DNA of 64,000 nucleotides from positions 37,440,001 to 37,504,000 of the forward strand of contig CP068257.2 in assembly GCA_009914755.4 (NCBI GenBank), given 5' to 3'. The DNA comes from the human T2T-CHM13v2.0 reference genome, Homo sapiens. Position 1 is the stretch's first letter. Every line of letters starts with the position of its first letter. The notes beneath the pieces were generated by a model that did no database searches, was not told the origin of the DNA, and saw nothing but the letters and a program-made list of their open reading frames with translations. The translations under genes were made by a program, and so were the position numbers. This document shows positions 49,861 through 61,900 of this stretch, piece after piece.

Positions 49861-52800
49861 GCCATGCTCATTCACTTACCTATCATCTGTGGTTGCTTTT
49901 GAGCTACAACAGCAGAGTTGAGTAGCTTGCAGCAGAGACCATTTGTCCCTCAAAGCCTAAAATATTTACAATCTGGCTCTTTACAGAAAAGGTCTGCCGA
50001 CCCCTGCTCTTAGACTTCCCACACAACGTAGCATTAAAATATGCATTGTCATTCTGTATTTCTTCACTGTTAACTCTTATTTCCTCAGCTCTATTCACTA
50101 CTCTGCAAGCAGGAACCATGCCCTATAATTTTCTGTTTCTGGCAGAATCTGGCACAGTGCTGAGCACAAGGACAGTGCTCGAATATCTCTGTAGTGGCCT
50201 TCTTGCCAAGCATCAGGTATTTATTGGGAGGTGACACTTTTCAAAGAAGGTCATTGGGAGGCACGTGGAGAATGGTAGCTTTGAGAAAATATCTCCTGGG
50301 GAGACAAAGCCACTCTGTGTTACTTAGGACAAGCAAGGACGGGTCTGCTGCATGGGAAAAAAAAAAAAAACAGCATTGAGTGAACACTGGCTTTTATGTA
50401 TACAGTGTCTTGATCATTTTTCTTTTAGGAAAGAAATTTAAACTACACGATTGAATTACATGGTATATTAGCTTCAGAGCATTCAACGCTGTCAGCTGGG
50501 AATAATAGTAATACCCCAGTCTGTGGTTGTTTTGAAAGTTGAGTGGAGGAATGGAACAAGATAATATAAATAAAAACTGCTTTGTCAGTGGTTAAGGTGC
50601 TATATCAGCAAGTTATGCACACCCTTCTGGTCAGGCCCGTCCTAGCATTGGTGAGGCCCAAGGCATGTATAAAAATGGAGGCCCACAAACCACACGGCTA
50701 AACACTGAAAAGTAATAAATCAAGTTAACAAGCTGTTCAGTTGTGTTCTAGCCGCCTGCTTGATAAATATGCCTTATAACAACCTGGAAAACCTGGTTTG
50801 AATTTGGAGGTCTTGGGCTCCCAAGACAGTGCTGGAATATGGTGGTCTGGGAGGAAGTGGCTCTGTCCACTAGCTGGCATCCCACCCCCTCCTTTCTCCC
50901 TTTCTTTTTCCCCTGCCCAGTTCTGTCTCACCTCCTAAGAAATAGGCACCTGTGGTTGTGCAGCTCACATGGCCAAACTCCAAACACTCTCCACACACAC
51001 AGCCATCTCCACTTCATTGCCACCCTTTGGCCACTCCTTGGCTACCCCTTGGGCCTAACAGTACACAACCAGCTGCAGGTTTGCTCTTGGGAGGGATCCT
51101 GGGAAGAAGCTGACTTTGGACCATTTGAGTGGGAATTCCAGAGTCCCAGGTGCCAGAAGCATGGTCTAGAAGGGAAGTGAGGGTGGGGTATGTCCTCTGA
51201 GCCCCACAGGCTCCTGGCCCCATGGTAGGACAAGGTGAGGCCCTTCTTGTCCAGGCCTCAGGACAGGACTGATTCTGACCTGAAGCTCAGTTATCTCACT
51301 AATAATCACTACAGTGACAGCAGCAACCGTGTGTCGAGTGCTCCTGCGTGCCAGCCACTCTTCTACGTGCCTCGCACTTACTTTACTTAATAACAAAGTC
51401 TTCCTCAACTGGGGCTGTCAAGTGGGAATCTGTTTGCATCTTGGCACGACTGTCACATGAAAGCCAGTTCTCACTGAGGAGGAGGATTTTCTAAGTTCCT
51501 TAGCACACGGGGAGCAAGCAGAGAAGCACCAGCTCAGCGAGGCTCTTCCCTGGGGTAGGAGGACTTCCTCCCACGGGAACGGCCCAGCCGCAGGTAGGAC
51601 GCCAGAAGGTCAAAGGATGTTAGAAACCCAAGCCTCTGCCTTGGCTGATCCAGGGGATCCGAGACAGAAGAATGGAGAGCAGGAGCAAGTGAAAACCTGA
51701 CCCCCTGCAGCCCACACCTCGATGGTTGGAGCACAGAGCTTTTAACCATATCCAGAAAGATACCTGAGAGCCCTGGAGCATCGGGGCCTGTAGCCTGCTC
51801 TCCCGGGCATAGAGTAGAGGAAATTGCAAGCCCCAGGGAGAGCCCCAGCCTTCAGCTCAGAAAAGGCGGAAGAGGAAGAGGAAGGCACCTAGGAGATGTG
51901 AACCTGGGCGAACCTGAGGAAGAATCCGCCTTGGCCTGTGTACAGCATGCAGGGAGTCAAGTCAAGGGGGTGTGGATTGGGTGAGCGTGGTGGGCGGGCT
52001 GGAAGAAACCTGGGTAGTGGCAGTGATATCTAGAAAAGTTTTCTTCCCTGATAAAGACAGGCATGTGAGGAGAGATAGGTCTGACTCTAAACCGGCTGAG
52101 TGTGGAGGTGATGGATGGAGCAGCAGCAGCCTTCTTTCAACCAGCAGAAGATAGGCCTAGGAAGCACCCATCCCACAGAGGTGGCCAAGCAGAAAGAGGG
52201 AAGGCAGCCTGATGCTGGAAGACGCCTCTGAACCCCTGAACCCCAGAAAGGCTGCCTCTATGCTTTAAAATGTGGTTTCTTGCTACTTAAGTCTTTTTTC
52301 CTGGGACTCTTCCTGGCTCTCAGTCCAAAGCTTCCAAATGAAAATGAACCTTTTCCTGCTCCTATGTGGAGAGTTTCTTTTCTGCGAAGGGACTCCACGT
52401 CCTTGCCTTTCCTGGAGAAGGCAGTGGGAAGGCAAGCAGGTCGCCAACACCCACCACTGCGCCCTGGGAGAAGTCATTTCTGCAGGGACAGTTCTGAATG
52501 AGAACAAATACTTGAGAGTATTTAAGGAAATAAAGGACATCTGGTTACACAGCGGCTTTGACGGAGGCAGCAAGAGATGGGTGGTGAAGAAACGAAGAGG
52601 ATGAAGGTGGGGCCGCCCACGGGGACCCAGCCCCAGGGGCGAGTGCTGTTGATGGTGTGGTTTTCCTTCAGAATCCTGGCACCAAGGTGCTGCGGAGGCC
52701 GAAGCAAGTACAGCAAGCTCTGAGCCTTGGGGTTCCATCTGCGTTGAACTGGTGCCGTCTACAGCACGTGAGTAAATACAACATAACAAAAAGAAAAGGT

Positions 52801-54829
52801 TTTTCTCAGAGCCTATGAATATGGAACTACTAATTTGAGTCCAGGCCATCAATCCCAATCTAGTGACCCAACAGCCATGGGGTGTGTATGCACAAAACCA
52901 CTTGGATGAGAAACAGGATGGAGGAGGGAAGCCACTAATAAATGCCTCCTCGGGCGCCCGCTCCAGCCGCGCACTGTCTCATAGCCCACCCTGTCCACTG
53001 AGGCACAACCCCACTCGTGGCCTTCCCCCAACTGAGGCTTCAGGGGGCTCTTGGGGGCTGTCTTGGCTCATATCGGGCCCAAGTCTGGTCAAAAGTCCAA
53101 TCTCTACCTCTTGGCATGAGCTGGTTCCTTCCTCAGCTCCTCCTACCCCTGCCCCCACCAGGTACCACCTTCCATAGATTCTTCTGTTCCCACAGGTGTG
53201 CAAGGTAGCGGGGAGACCTGTGTCTGCCCAACAAGGCCCGGGCTCCAGGGGCCCTAACCAGGTGTGGGCTGAGAACGGGAGCTCCCCAAGGGCGGGCCGC
53301 GCTCCTCATCCTCTCGCTAAGCCCTTGCTGAATGAGTGAAGGAGGGGCTTTGGAAGCCCAGGTCTGCAGAGTCGAGAGAGAACCTCTCCGCTCCCTTGCG
53401 TCCTCAAACTCTGCCCTCTACTTCCTGGGTACAGGCCAGACTTCATCTCCCAGCCTCCCTGGCAGATGAGGGCAGGCTCCTCTTGATGGAATGGGGTGAA
53501 AGCAAGGAAGCCATATCCATGCTGGCCCATAAGAAGCTGCTACAGAACCCTTCCTCCTCCCTTCCTCCACCACCCAGCAGGAAGCAAGGGAGCCCGGGGC
53601 GCCACGGTGGACCACAGGATGAATGACACAGGCCCCTGGGTCCCTGAGCCGCTCTCTCAGTTCCGCCTCTCAGCATGAAAGATCCCAAATGTGGGAACTA
53701 TGTGTTCTAGCAGCTGGCATCGCCTTCACCAACTCAGGGTTTAGGACAATATTGTTTGTGCCCCAATGTCTAACAACACTTTTCGTTAAATAATCATCAT
53801 CACAGCTGATATTTACCGAGACCTTCGAGTTCCAGCCACTAGCCAAGTGCTTTGTCAGGATCTGATTTTTTAGAGCTCATGACCACCCCTGGGATGCAGG
53901 TGTGTGGTGTGGGGATCGTTGCAGCCTCCCCACATCCATTCCATTCCTTCCCAAGCGCTGCATTCTGATTAGGATGAGGTTGGCCCTATCCTTAGCACCA
54001 AAGATGGACCCCGACTGTGTCCAGGGTGGACAGTGTGTGTCCTAAGTCAGTCTCAAGAGCTCAAGAGCTCTGTTTCAGATGGAGGAGGAAACACCACCTC
54101 TCTCCCCAAATATTAATAGGAAGATGTGAAGCCTGGATGCCCTTGGACATCCTCTTGCAACCAGGAGGGAAGCCAGCCTGAGCCAATTCATCCAACAAAG
54201 CCAATTCATGATGTAGGACAAGGCAGAGGCAAAAGAACCACAGAGAAACAGAACCAGAGCCTGGTGCAGTTATACCTCAAGCTCAGCTTGGCAGAAGCAG
54301 TTAGTACTCATGAAATATTCCATGTGCTTGCCACGTGCCTTGAGCCACTAGGGCTGCCATACTGAAGTGCCCCAGATGCGGTAGGTTATTGTCTCAGCTC
54401 TGGAGGCTGGATGTCCTTGCAGTTAAATTGGAGCCATATGTCTAGGTCTGGCCACTAAATTGTAAATGACAGTGGTATGTGTCACTTCTTGGCTAAGGCA
54501 GGTAAGAGCCAGTGTGCTTTCCTCTCTCCTGATCCCATGATGCTCTTAGTAGCCAGGTGCCGAGATGGGGAAAACAAGAGGGCAGGAACGTGGATCTCTG
54601 CATCAGGAATGGAGGAGGGGCCCAGCTAGCGGCACTGAATTGTCGGTGAGCAAGAGGTGTACATCGTGGCGTTATGCCTCCATGCTTCTGGTGCTCACAA
54701 TGCTGATTAATACATCTACTGTTCTTCTAAAATCAGGACTCCTAAATTGCCAAGACCAGTAAAATCCCGTGATTGTTGAAGCCAGATGAAATCAGGTTTT
54801 TTGTTAGTTGCAGCTGAAAGCAACCTAAC

Positions 54830-54990
54830 TCATACAGTATTGTCACTTCTTTAAAATGTAGAAACTAGGGCTTAGTGAAATAGAGTGACTTGCTCAAGGT
54901 CACACAGCTAATATGTGACAAAACTGAGCTTCCATAATAATGCCAGGAGTTCACAGTGTGCGGTCCCCATACTATCTCCCTCACAATCAT
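54830..54990 (-). mobile_element. MIR SINE fragment
   Basis: 'gtagaaactagggcttagtgaaatagagtgacttgctcaaggtcacacagctaatatgtgacaaaactgag' is the reverse complement of the MIR core 'tgtgtgaccttgggcaagt.acttaacctctctg.gcctcagtttcc'. Confidence 0.6.
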
Positions 54991-55586
54991 TTGGGATACA
55001 TGTTTAAAAAGTAGATTAACTGGCCCCATGAATACTGATCAGTCCATCTCTGGATAAGGGGCCCAGGACTATGGATTCTCATGAGCTCTCTGGTGGCTGC
55101 TGTCCGTTCAAAGTTGAGAAGCTCTGGTCTAAACTGAGACCTCTTCAGGAGGTACGGTGTCACATGTCCCATGTGTGGGGAACTGGTGAAAATAAATCCA
55201 TTTGAAGTACAAACATGTTTCAGTTGGCCACTCTCCATGCTACAGTGTGTTTGCCAGTGTTTATAAACACAGTTGAGAAAAAGTCATCAAACTTCATAGC
55301 CCATGGTCGTTGACATAAACAAAGATACTCTCCACTGAGTTTTACTTTTAACTTTGCCATTAAGATGGCAGCGATCTTAGTTGCAAGAACTAATTGCAGA
55401 TTTCATGCTGAATTTTTTTCTCATATCCCCAAAATTACAAATTCTGTGTTGAACCAGAAATCATTCATTCAGAAAACATCCTACGTATTATACAAGGATA
55501 CGGAAGAAAAAATGCATTGCCCAAGAAAACGTGCCTGTGGGTGTCTGGCCCATGGATCATGATCAAGGAAGATGTAGACTGCAATT

Positions 55587-55893
55587 GTGATACACAGCCA
55601 GTGCACTACTGTGATACATAGCCAGTGCACTATGGCAGTACATAGCCAGTGCACTACTGTGATACATAGCCAGTGCACTATGGCAATACATAGCCAGTGC
55701 ACTACTGTGATACATAGCCAGTGCACTATGGCAATACACCACCAGTGCACTACTGTGATACATAGCCAGTGCACTATGGCAATACATAGCCAGTGCACTA
55801 CTGTGATACACAGCCAGTGCACTATGGCAATACACCGCCAGTGCACTATTATAATGCACAACTAATGCATTATTGCAATACACAACTGGTGCC
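55587..55893. repeat. Minisatellite with higher-order structure: a 24-bp unit in two alternating variants, giving a ~48-bp period, ~12 units
   Basis: The variants 'atacatagccagtgcactactgtg' and 'atacatagccagtgcactatggca' alternate, for example 'gtgatacacagccagtgcactactgtgatacatagccagtgcactatggcagtacatagccagtgcactactgtgatacatagccagtgcactatggcaatacatagcc...'. The array decays at the 3' end ('gcactattataatgcacaactaatgcattattgcaatacacaactggtgc'). This is the source of the 'HWLCITVVHWLCIAIV' ORFs. Confidence 0.93.
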
Positions 55894-55929
55894 GCCTCAA
55901 GGATTGACAATGTACATTAACCTAGAGGC

Positions 55930-56570
55930 ACAAACCATCCGTGAAATTTAAAAATAAGTAAACTATCACGTCTAGGAATAAATCTAATAAAAGATGTGTA
56001 AAACCTCCTCAACTCATAAACATTGCTGAGAAAAATCAAAGAAGACTTAAATAGAGAGAGATGACATATACATAAAAAAAACTATTAAGAGAAACAAAAG
56101 GCAAGCCACAAACTGGAAGATTTTGAAATTCATATATCCAAGAAAGGACATATTCAGAAAATGTAAAGCTATCTTGCAAACAAATAAGAAAAGGATGTAA
56201 AACCCAATTGCAAAAATAGCCAACATCAACAGGTAAAATTTTTAGTTACACAAGATGAATATGTTCTGGAGACCTGCTATACAGCATAGCACCTAGAGTT
56301 AACAATACTGTATTGCACACGTTACAATATATTAAAAGGACAGACCTCAGGTTAAGTGTTAACACACACACACACACATGCACACACAACACCACAGAGA
56401 GATTTCTGGAGGTGATGGATATGCTTAGTACCTTGATTGTGGTGATGATATCCTGCGTACATGCATTTGTCCAAACTCATCCAAATGTACACATTATATG
56501 CAATTTTTGTATATCAATTATATATCAATAAAGCTTTTCAAAATGGGCTAAAAATGGGCAAAAAAATAAA
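55930..56570 (+). mobile_element. Ancient LINE-1 (L1M-type) 3'-end fragment with internal deletions
   Basis: 'aaggcaagccacaaactggaagattttgaaattcatatatccaagaaaggacatattcagaaaatgtaaagctatcttgcaaacaaataagaaaaggatgtaaaacccaattgcaaaaatagccaa' parallels old L1 '...aagacaagccacagactgggagaaaatatttgcaaa...aaaacaaacaacccaattaaaaaatgggccaa'. '...tggtgatgatatcctgcgtacatgcatttgtccaaactcatccaaatgtacacattatatgcaatttttgtatatcaattatatatcaataaagcttttcaaaa' parallels the L1M 3' terminus '...tacatttgtccaaacccatagaatgtacaacaccaa...aataaagtcttaaaaaa'. Confidence 0.5.
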
Positions 56571-58313
56571 GATAATATATTGATACAGTCAACTGTTCTT
56601 ACCATCCACATCTCAGACTTTCCGGGAAGGCAGATGGGGTAGTGGAAGAAACAGTAACGCTGATTCATTTCATCTTGGGCCTCTCTTGATTTGCTGCCCA
56701 AACAATACATGCTGGACTTGCAAGCTGTACCAGAAAGCCTGGAAAGGGAGGGAAAAAAAGAAACACCCTTGGACAAAACCTCAGCAGCCAAGTTGAGACT
56801 CTGAGCCATATGCATGTCTTTGTGTGGGTTGAAATCTATTTTCTCTGGGTTCGATGGATTATTATAACACCCAAAGTTTTCCAAAAAACGTCAGACAAGG
56901 TTACCACAGCAATTAAGCTGTCTGCCATCTGCAAGAGGCTTGGCTTAAGGTTTACTGAAGTTAAACATGTTTTGAAAAGAAAAAATTAAGGCTGTCGATG
57001 TTTTGCCTATCAGTCAAGCTCAGCAACATTAGGCCTTGGAGACTCTTCAGGGAGAGTCGTTCTCCCTCAAGGAATAGTTTAGCATTGGCATGCTGAAATT
57101 TCAGAACCCAAGGAACATTTCAAAAATAAATTATGCCTTGAGAAACACTGCACCTAATCTTGGAACTGGCAGAGTAAAAACTTTGCTAAGACATTCAGCC
57201 AAGCAATTGAGATTAACACTCTTTATCGCCTTCCCAAATGGCAAGTTATTTAAAAAAAAAAAAAAAAAACAGACCTGAATGTTAACTGAATTTCACATTC
57301 TTACTCCACAGTTTCTTTAAAGCAAATAAGTGTCTAAAATGATGACAGTAAAACTTATGGTTTAAAATTCTGAGGAGTGTCTGCAAAGTCTTATATTTTT
57401 CTCAGCCAGATTTTCTGGCTGAACCAAAGCTTTCCTGAGAAAAGGAGGAGAAGGAGGATGGGTTCCATGTGCCTGGAAACATTATCATTCTTTCCAGTTG
57501 CCCATCTTTAGCCCAGGGTTACTTTTTATTCTTTCTTGAGAAAAAAATATTCCAGGAACCAAAAAAAACAAAAACAAACACAAAAAAACATAGTTAAATT
57601 TTATCCTCTGAACAACGGGCAGTGGGGAGTCAATGTCATTTTTCTCCGGGAATGAATGACAGGAGGTTTTCTCATCTTAAAGCAGTGCTGTGCTGGCAAA
57701 CCAGCTCTCTGGGAGGAAAAACAAAATCTTCATTTGTAGCATTTGCCAATTTCCAAAGTGTAAATAATCCCACCATGGCTAATTTGAAGTTCTCAGTCAT
57801 TTAACAACCAGATCTCAAAATTTCCAAATATTCAACAATCCTTTCTCAGAAACTAGCTTCAACTTACCACTCTCTTGAAGCAAATTATTATTATTGCCCA
57901 TGACATGTTTTATTTATCCAATATATAAAAATAACTTTACCTGGCATTGGAATGCAAGAGAAAAGACAAATGACAGAAAGGGGCTCTGCCATTCAGAATC
58001 CTACAATTGAACAGGCAGGGAAAATACACAGTAAAGGCCTCTGAGAACACAGCTGCATATACTACATCTGTTTGGAGAATTCTCCTCTCTTCTGGGCACA
58101 GCCTCTTAAGACAGCCCAGATAATGCCAGGCATTGAAATGGCACTGTGATAGTGGAGGGGGTCAAGCGTTAGTATGGACAGAGGTAATGTGGATGGACAG
58201 GAAGGTTCTTATACATCTATAAGAATGTCACTTGGAATAAGAGTTAGGAGTTACTTTTTTTTGCTCCAAAGCTAACAACTAGGTCTGCCGGATATAAGAC
58301 ATAAGGAAGCTGA

Positions 58314-58727
<414 letters not shown>

Positions 58728-58769
58728 TGATACTATTTCTTACATATCCTTTTGTCCAATTCTCACAAT

Positions 58770-58900
58770 GACCTCATGGTACAGGTACTGGCCACTCCTT
58801 TATAGTGAAGAAACTGAGGCACAGGGAAGGCAAAAAACTAACTTCTCTGAGGTCTTCTACAGCAGGAGCAGGACTCAAACTAGGTCTCCTCATTCAGGTA
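58770..58900 (-). mobile_element. MIR SINE fragment
   Basis: 'tatagtgaagaaactgaggcacagggaaggcaaaaaactaacttctctgaggtcttctacagcaggagcaggactcaaactaggtctcctcattcagg' is the reverse complement of MIR 'cctgggttcgaatcc...gcctcagtttcctcatctgtaaaatgg'. Confidence 0.5.
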
Positions 58901-61900
58901 GGATTTTTTCCCTCTCTCAAAATGATTCAGAATATGCCCTGAATTTCAGCGTGTTCCTTGAAAGAGGAACGCCTGGTTACGGAAACTGAAGTGCATTCTG
59001 CCAGTAGCACCCGGGCCAGGCACTGCACTGGGGGATTGAACTGGACACAGGAAACCACTCTGTGCTACTTTAGGTTTCTAGATAAGGGCCCGGTGTAAAT
59101 AAAAGAGTGTTCTCCTGAAGATGGTCATATTGACCTGGCTAATTTCTGAGAGGGACATTAAGAGTCAGTAAGGGACGTGTATAAACCACCTTGGACGCAC
59201 TATGATAGGCACAAGAAGGAACAGATGAGTCTACCAGAGATGGCTTGGAACAAGTTTATCCCACTCCTAGGAAAATGTCATGGCAAATACTCTGTATATT
59301 CAGCTAAAATTCATCAAAAATGAAAGTCATTGACAAAGATCTTAGAACACAGCTCTCAGGGGAACAATGATTTCTTCTGTAGGGGATCATTAAGGGTCAT
59401 TGCAGATTCAAGAAGTTTCCAGAATAAGGCAAACATTCCTTCAACACAGACAGGGTCCATCACAGACCACTCAGCCACCTGCATCCCAAGCTTTGCACAT
59501 AACCCAGGACACAGTGAGACCAGACGCTGGGCTTGGACATTGAATGCACTGAATGCATTCTCATGAGTCACTATTGCTTCATAGATATAAATTGCCCTCT
59601 GCAGACCATAAGACCTGAACACGAGAAGACTGTTCAGGTAGTGTTTTTTAGCTGCCAAAGGCACCCCCAGGAGGGATAACAGAGCAGATGTCAGATGCCC
59701 CCACGAGTGAACCCTGAACCCAAGACGCACCAGGCCAGCTCAGCCATGTGGTCATTTCCACAGGTCTCTCCTCCCCTCCCCACACTGCCGACCCCCCTGT
59801 GTGTGCTGGGAGGCACAGCCCCCCTTGGGAGGTTGACATTCCAAGTCAGTGAGTACCACAGCCAAGCTTGCCAACCTCAGCACAGCCCCCTGCCAGGGAA
59901 CTGTCATTCTAAACACCATGCTTGGGATGGGACCTCCTGCTGGGGCCTGCCCCTGTGCTCCACCCACAGCCTGTGAGGTAGTGTTTCTACCCAAGGGTTG
60001 AGTGTTCAATGAGTGTCTTGTCCTTTCAACAATAGCAGACGTGTTACCCTGCAGCTTGGGGAGCTCTGGGCCCTTCGTGAGTGGAAAATGAAACCTCACT
60101 GTGAAGGTATTGAATGGCCTCCAAATAACACGGCAGGACCAGCCCAGAAAGCCAGAGTGTTTTCTGTGCACACGTCGTGTGACCCACAACCAGCTCCCAG
60201 GGGAAGTGAGAAACCCATACCACACTTTGCCCCGGAATGATGTTTTCCATCTCTCTGGTTTTGGGCATCTGGAGATGATCCCTCTGGTGCCTTGCTCGCT
60301 GAGGACAGTGCAGCAGGAATGAGCCACCCATGCAGGCCAATATGCCATCAATCAACGTCAATATTATTCCTAAGTCTCCACCCCCACCAGGAGTGGTGCC
60401 TTCCAGCCCCTGCGGAGGCAGCAGAGCTGTCAGAACATTGTCAGGCTTTGTGGGGAGTTGTGGCAGCTTTCTACAAGCCTTACCCCAACCCTGGACTCCA
60501 GCAGGGCTGCACCGCATGTTTCCTGAGGATGTCTCAGAAGAGTTCAGTGCCTCTCCTGCAAGGAGCTTGACCTGGGCTCAAGATGCTGCGACCTCAACCC
60601 TCCAGGTCCAGGCTCAACAGCCCAGCACTGGAGCTGACTGTGGATTTTTCATGCATAGCACAGCTTCACGAGGACCTCTGGGCCCCTCACGCACAACAGC
60701 CCACCCAGGGTCTTTCCTGCTCCCAACTCTCTTGGAGGCCCATGCCAAAGACAAGGGCTGGGGATGAAGGACAGAGGCCAGGAGCGCCTCCCCACCACAC
60801 ACCACATTAGGCCTAATGGAATCTCCTCCTCCTTCTCCAAGTTATCTTCTCTTCCATGCAGCTTTTCCCAGTCCCCAGAGTCACTGGTCCTTGGGCCACT
60901 GCATACTTCCAGTGCAATTATGCATTTATTGCATTTGACTTTTTTTAGTAGTTACTGGTTGCAATGGTTGATTTTATATGTCAACTTGGCTAGGCCGTGG
61001 TGACCAGTTGTTAGGTCAAACACCAGTCTAGACGTTACTGTGAAGATAAGTTTTAGATGGGATTAACATTTAAGTCAACAGGCTTTGAGTAAAGCAAATT
61101 ACCCTCCATAATGAGAGTGGGCCTCATTCAATCCATTGAAGGTCATAAGAGAAAAGATGGAGGTCCCTGGAGGAAGACGGAATTCTGCCAGGCAATCATC
61201 TTCAGACATCAACTCTTCCCTGGCTCTCCAGCCAATGGGCCTGCCCTGAAGATTTCAGACTTGCCAGCTCTCATAATTGCATGATCCAATTCGTTAAAAG
61301 AGAGAGAGAGAGAAAGGAGAGAGATATCCTATTTGTTCTGTTTCTCTGGAACACCCTAATATGCTGGTAGACATATGGGCTCCCCAAATGGATTGTAAGT
61401 CATGCAGAGGCCGAAACTGAGTTTCCTCCACTTCCACGACCCCAGCAGTGCCTAGCCCATAGCCAGCCACAGAATGGACCCTCAGTAAACGCATGCTGAG
61501 TGGACAGCACATGGTCTAGGCCGGGAAGGGGTGAGGTGTAGGAAGCAGGGAAGTGCAGAGGTGCACACCCTGAATGTGAGGGCCTCCTTGAGTTTGCAGC
61601 CCAGGTCCCGGGCCCTGCCCGTGTGGTCTGCAGGGAGAAGTCATTGGTCTACATGCAATGACCCTGCCGGCCTCTGGGACTCACACTCCGCAAGCTCAAG
61701 GGCCTGGTTGGCACCATGGAAAAATCTTGAAGCGCTCACTTGGCGTGAACAAGGTCTGGGGTTCATGAGAATCAGAACCTTCCAGAACCCTGGGCTGTGC
61801 ACTGTTATGCTGAAAGGCTGGTGCTCATTTTGGACCGTCAAGCGCAGCCATGAGCAGAAGGAATCCCTCCGAGCATCGTGCCCAGATGGCGGCTCAGCCT

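Noticed and set aside
52283-52858. 191-aa minus-strand ORF and the 199-aa minus-strand ORF at 59752-60351
   Set aside because: Both have no homology to known protein families recognisable by eye. They are GC-rich and compositionally biased, so stop codons are depleted by chance. There is no supporting gene structure.
55481-55910. Overlapping ORFs with 'HWLCITVVHWLCIAIV' and 'HSALAMYHSSALAMYC' repeats
   Set aside because: They are translations of the 24/48-bp minisatellite.
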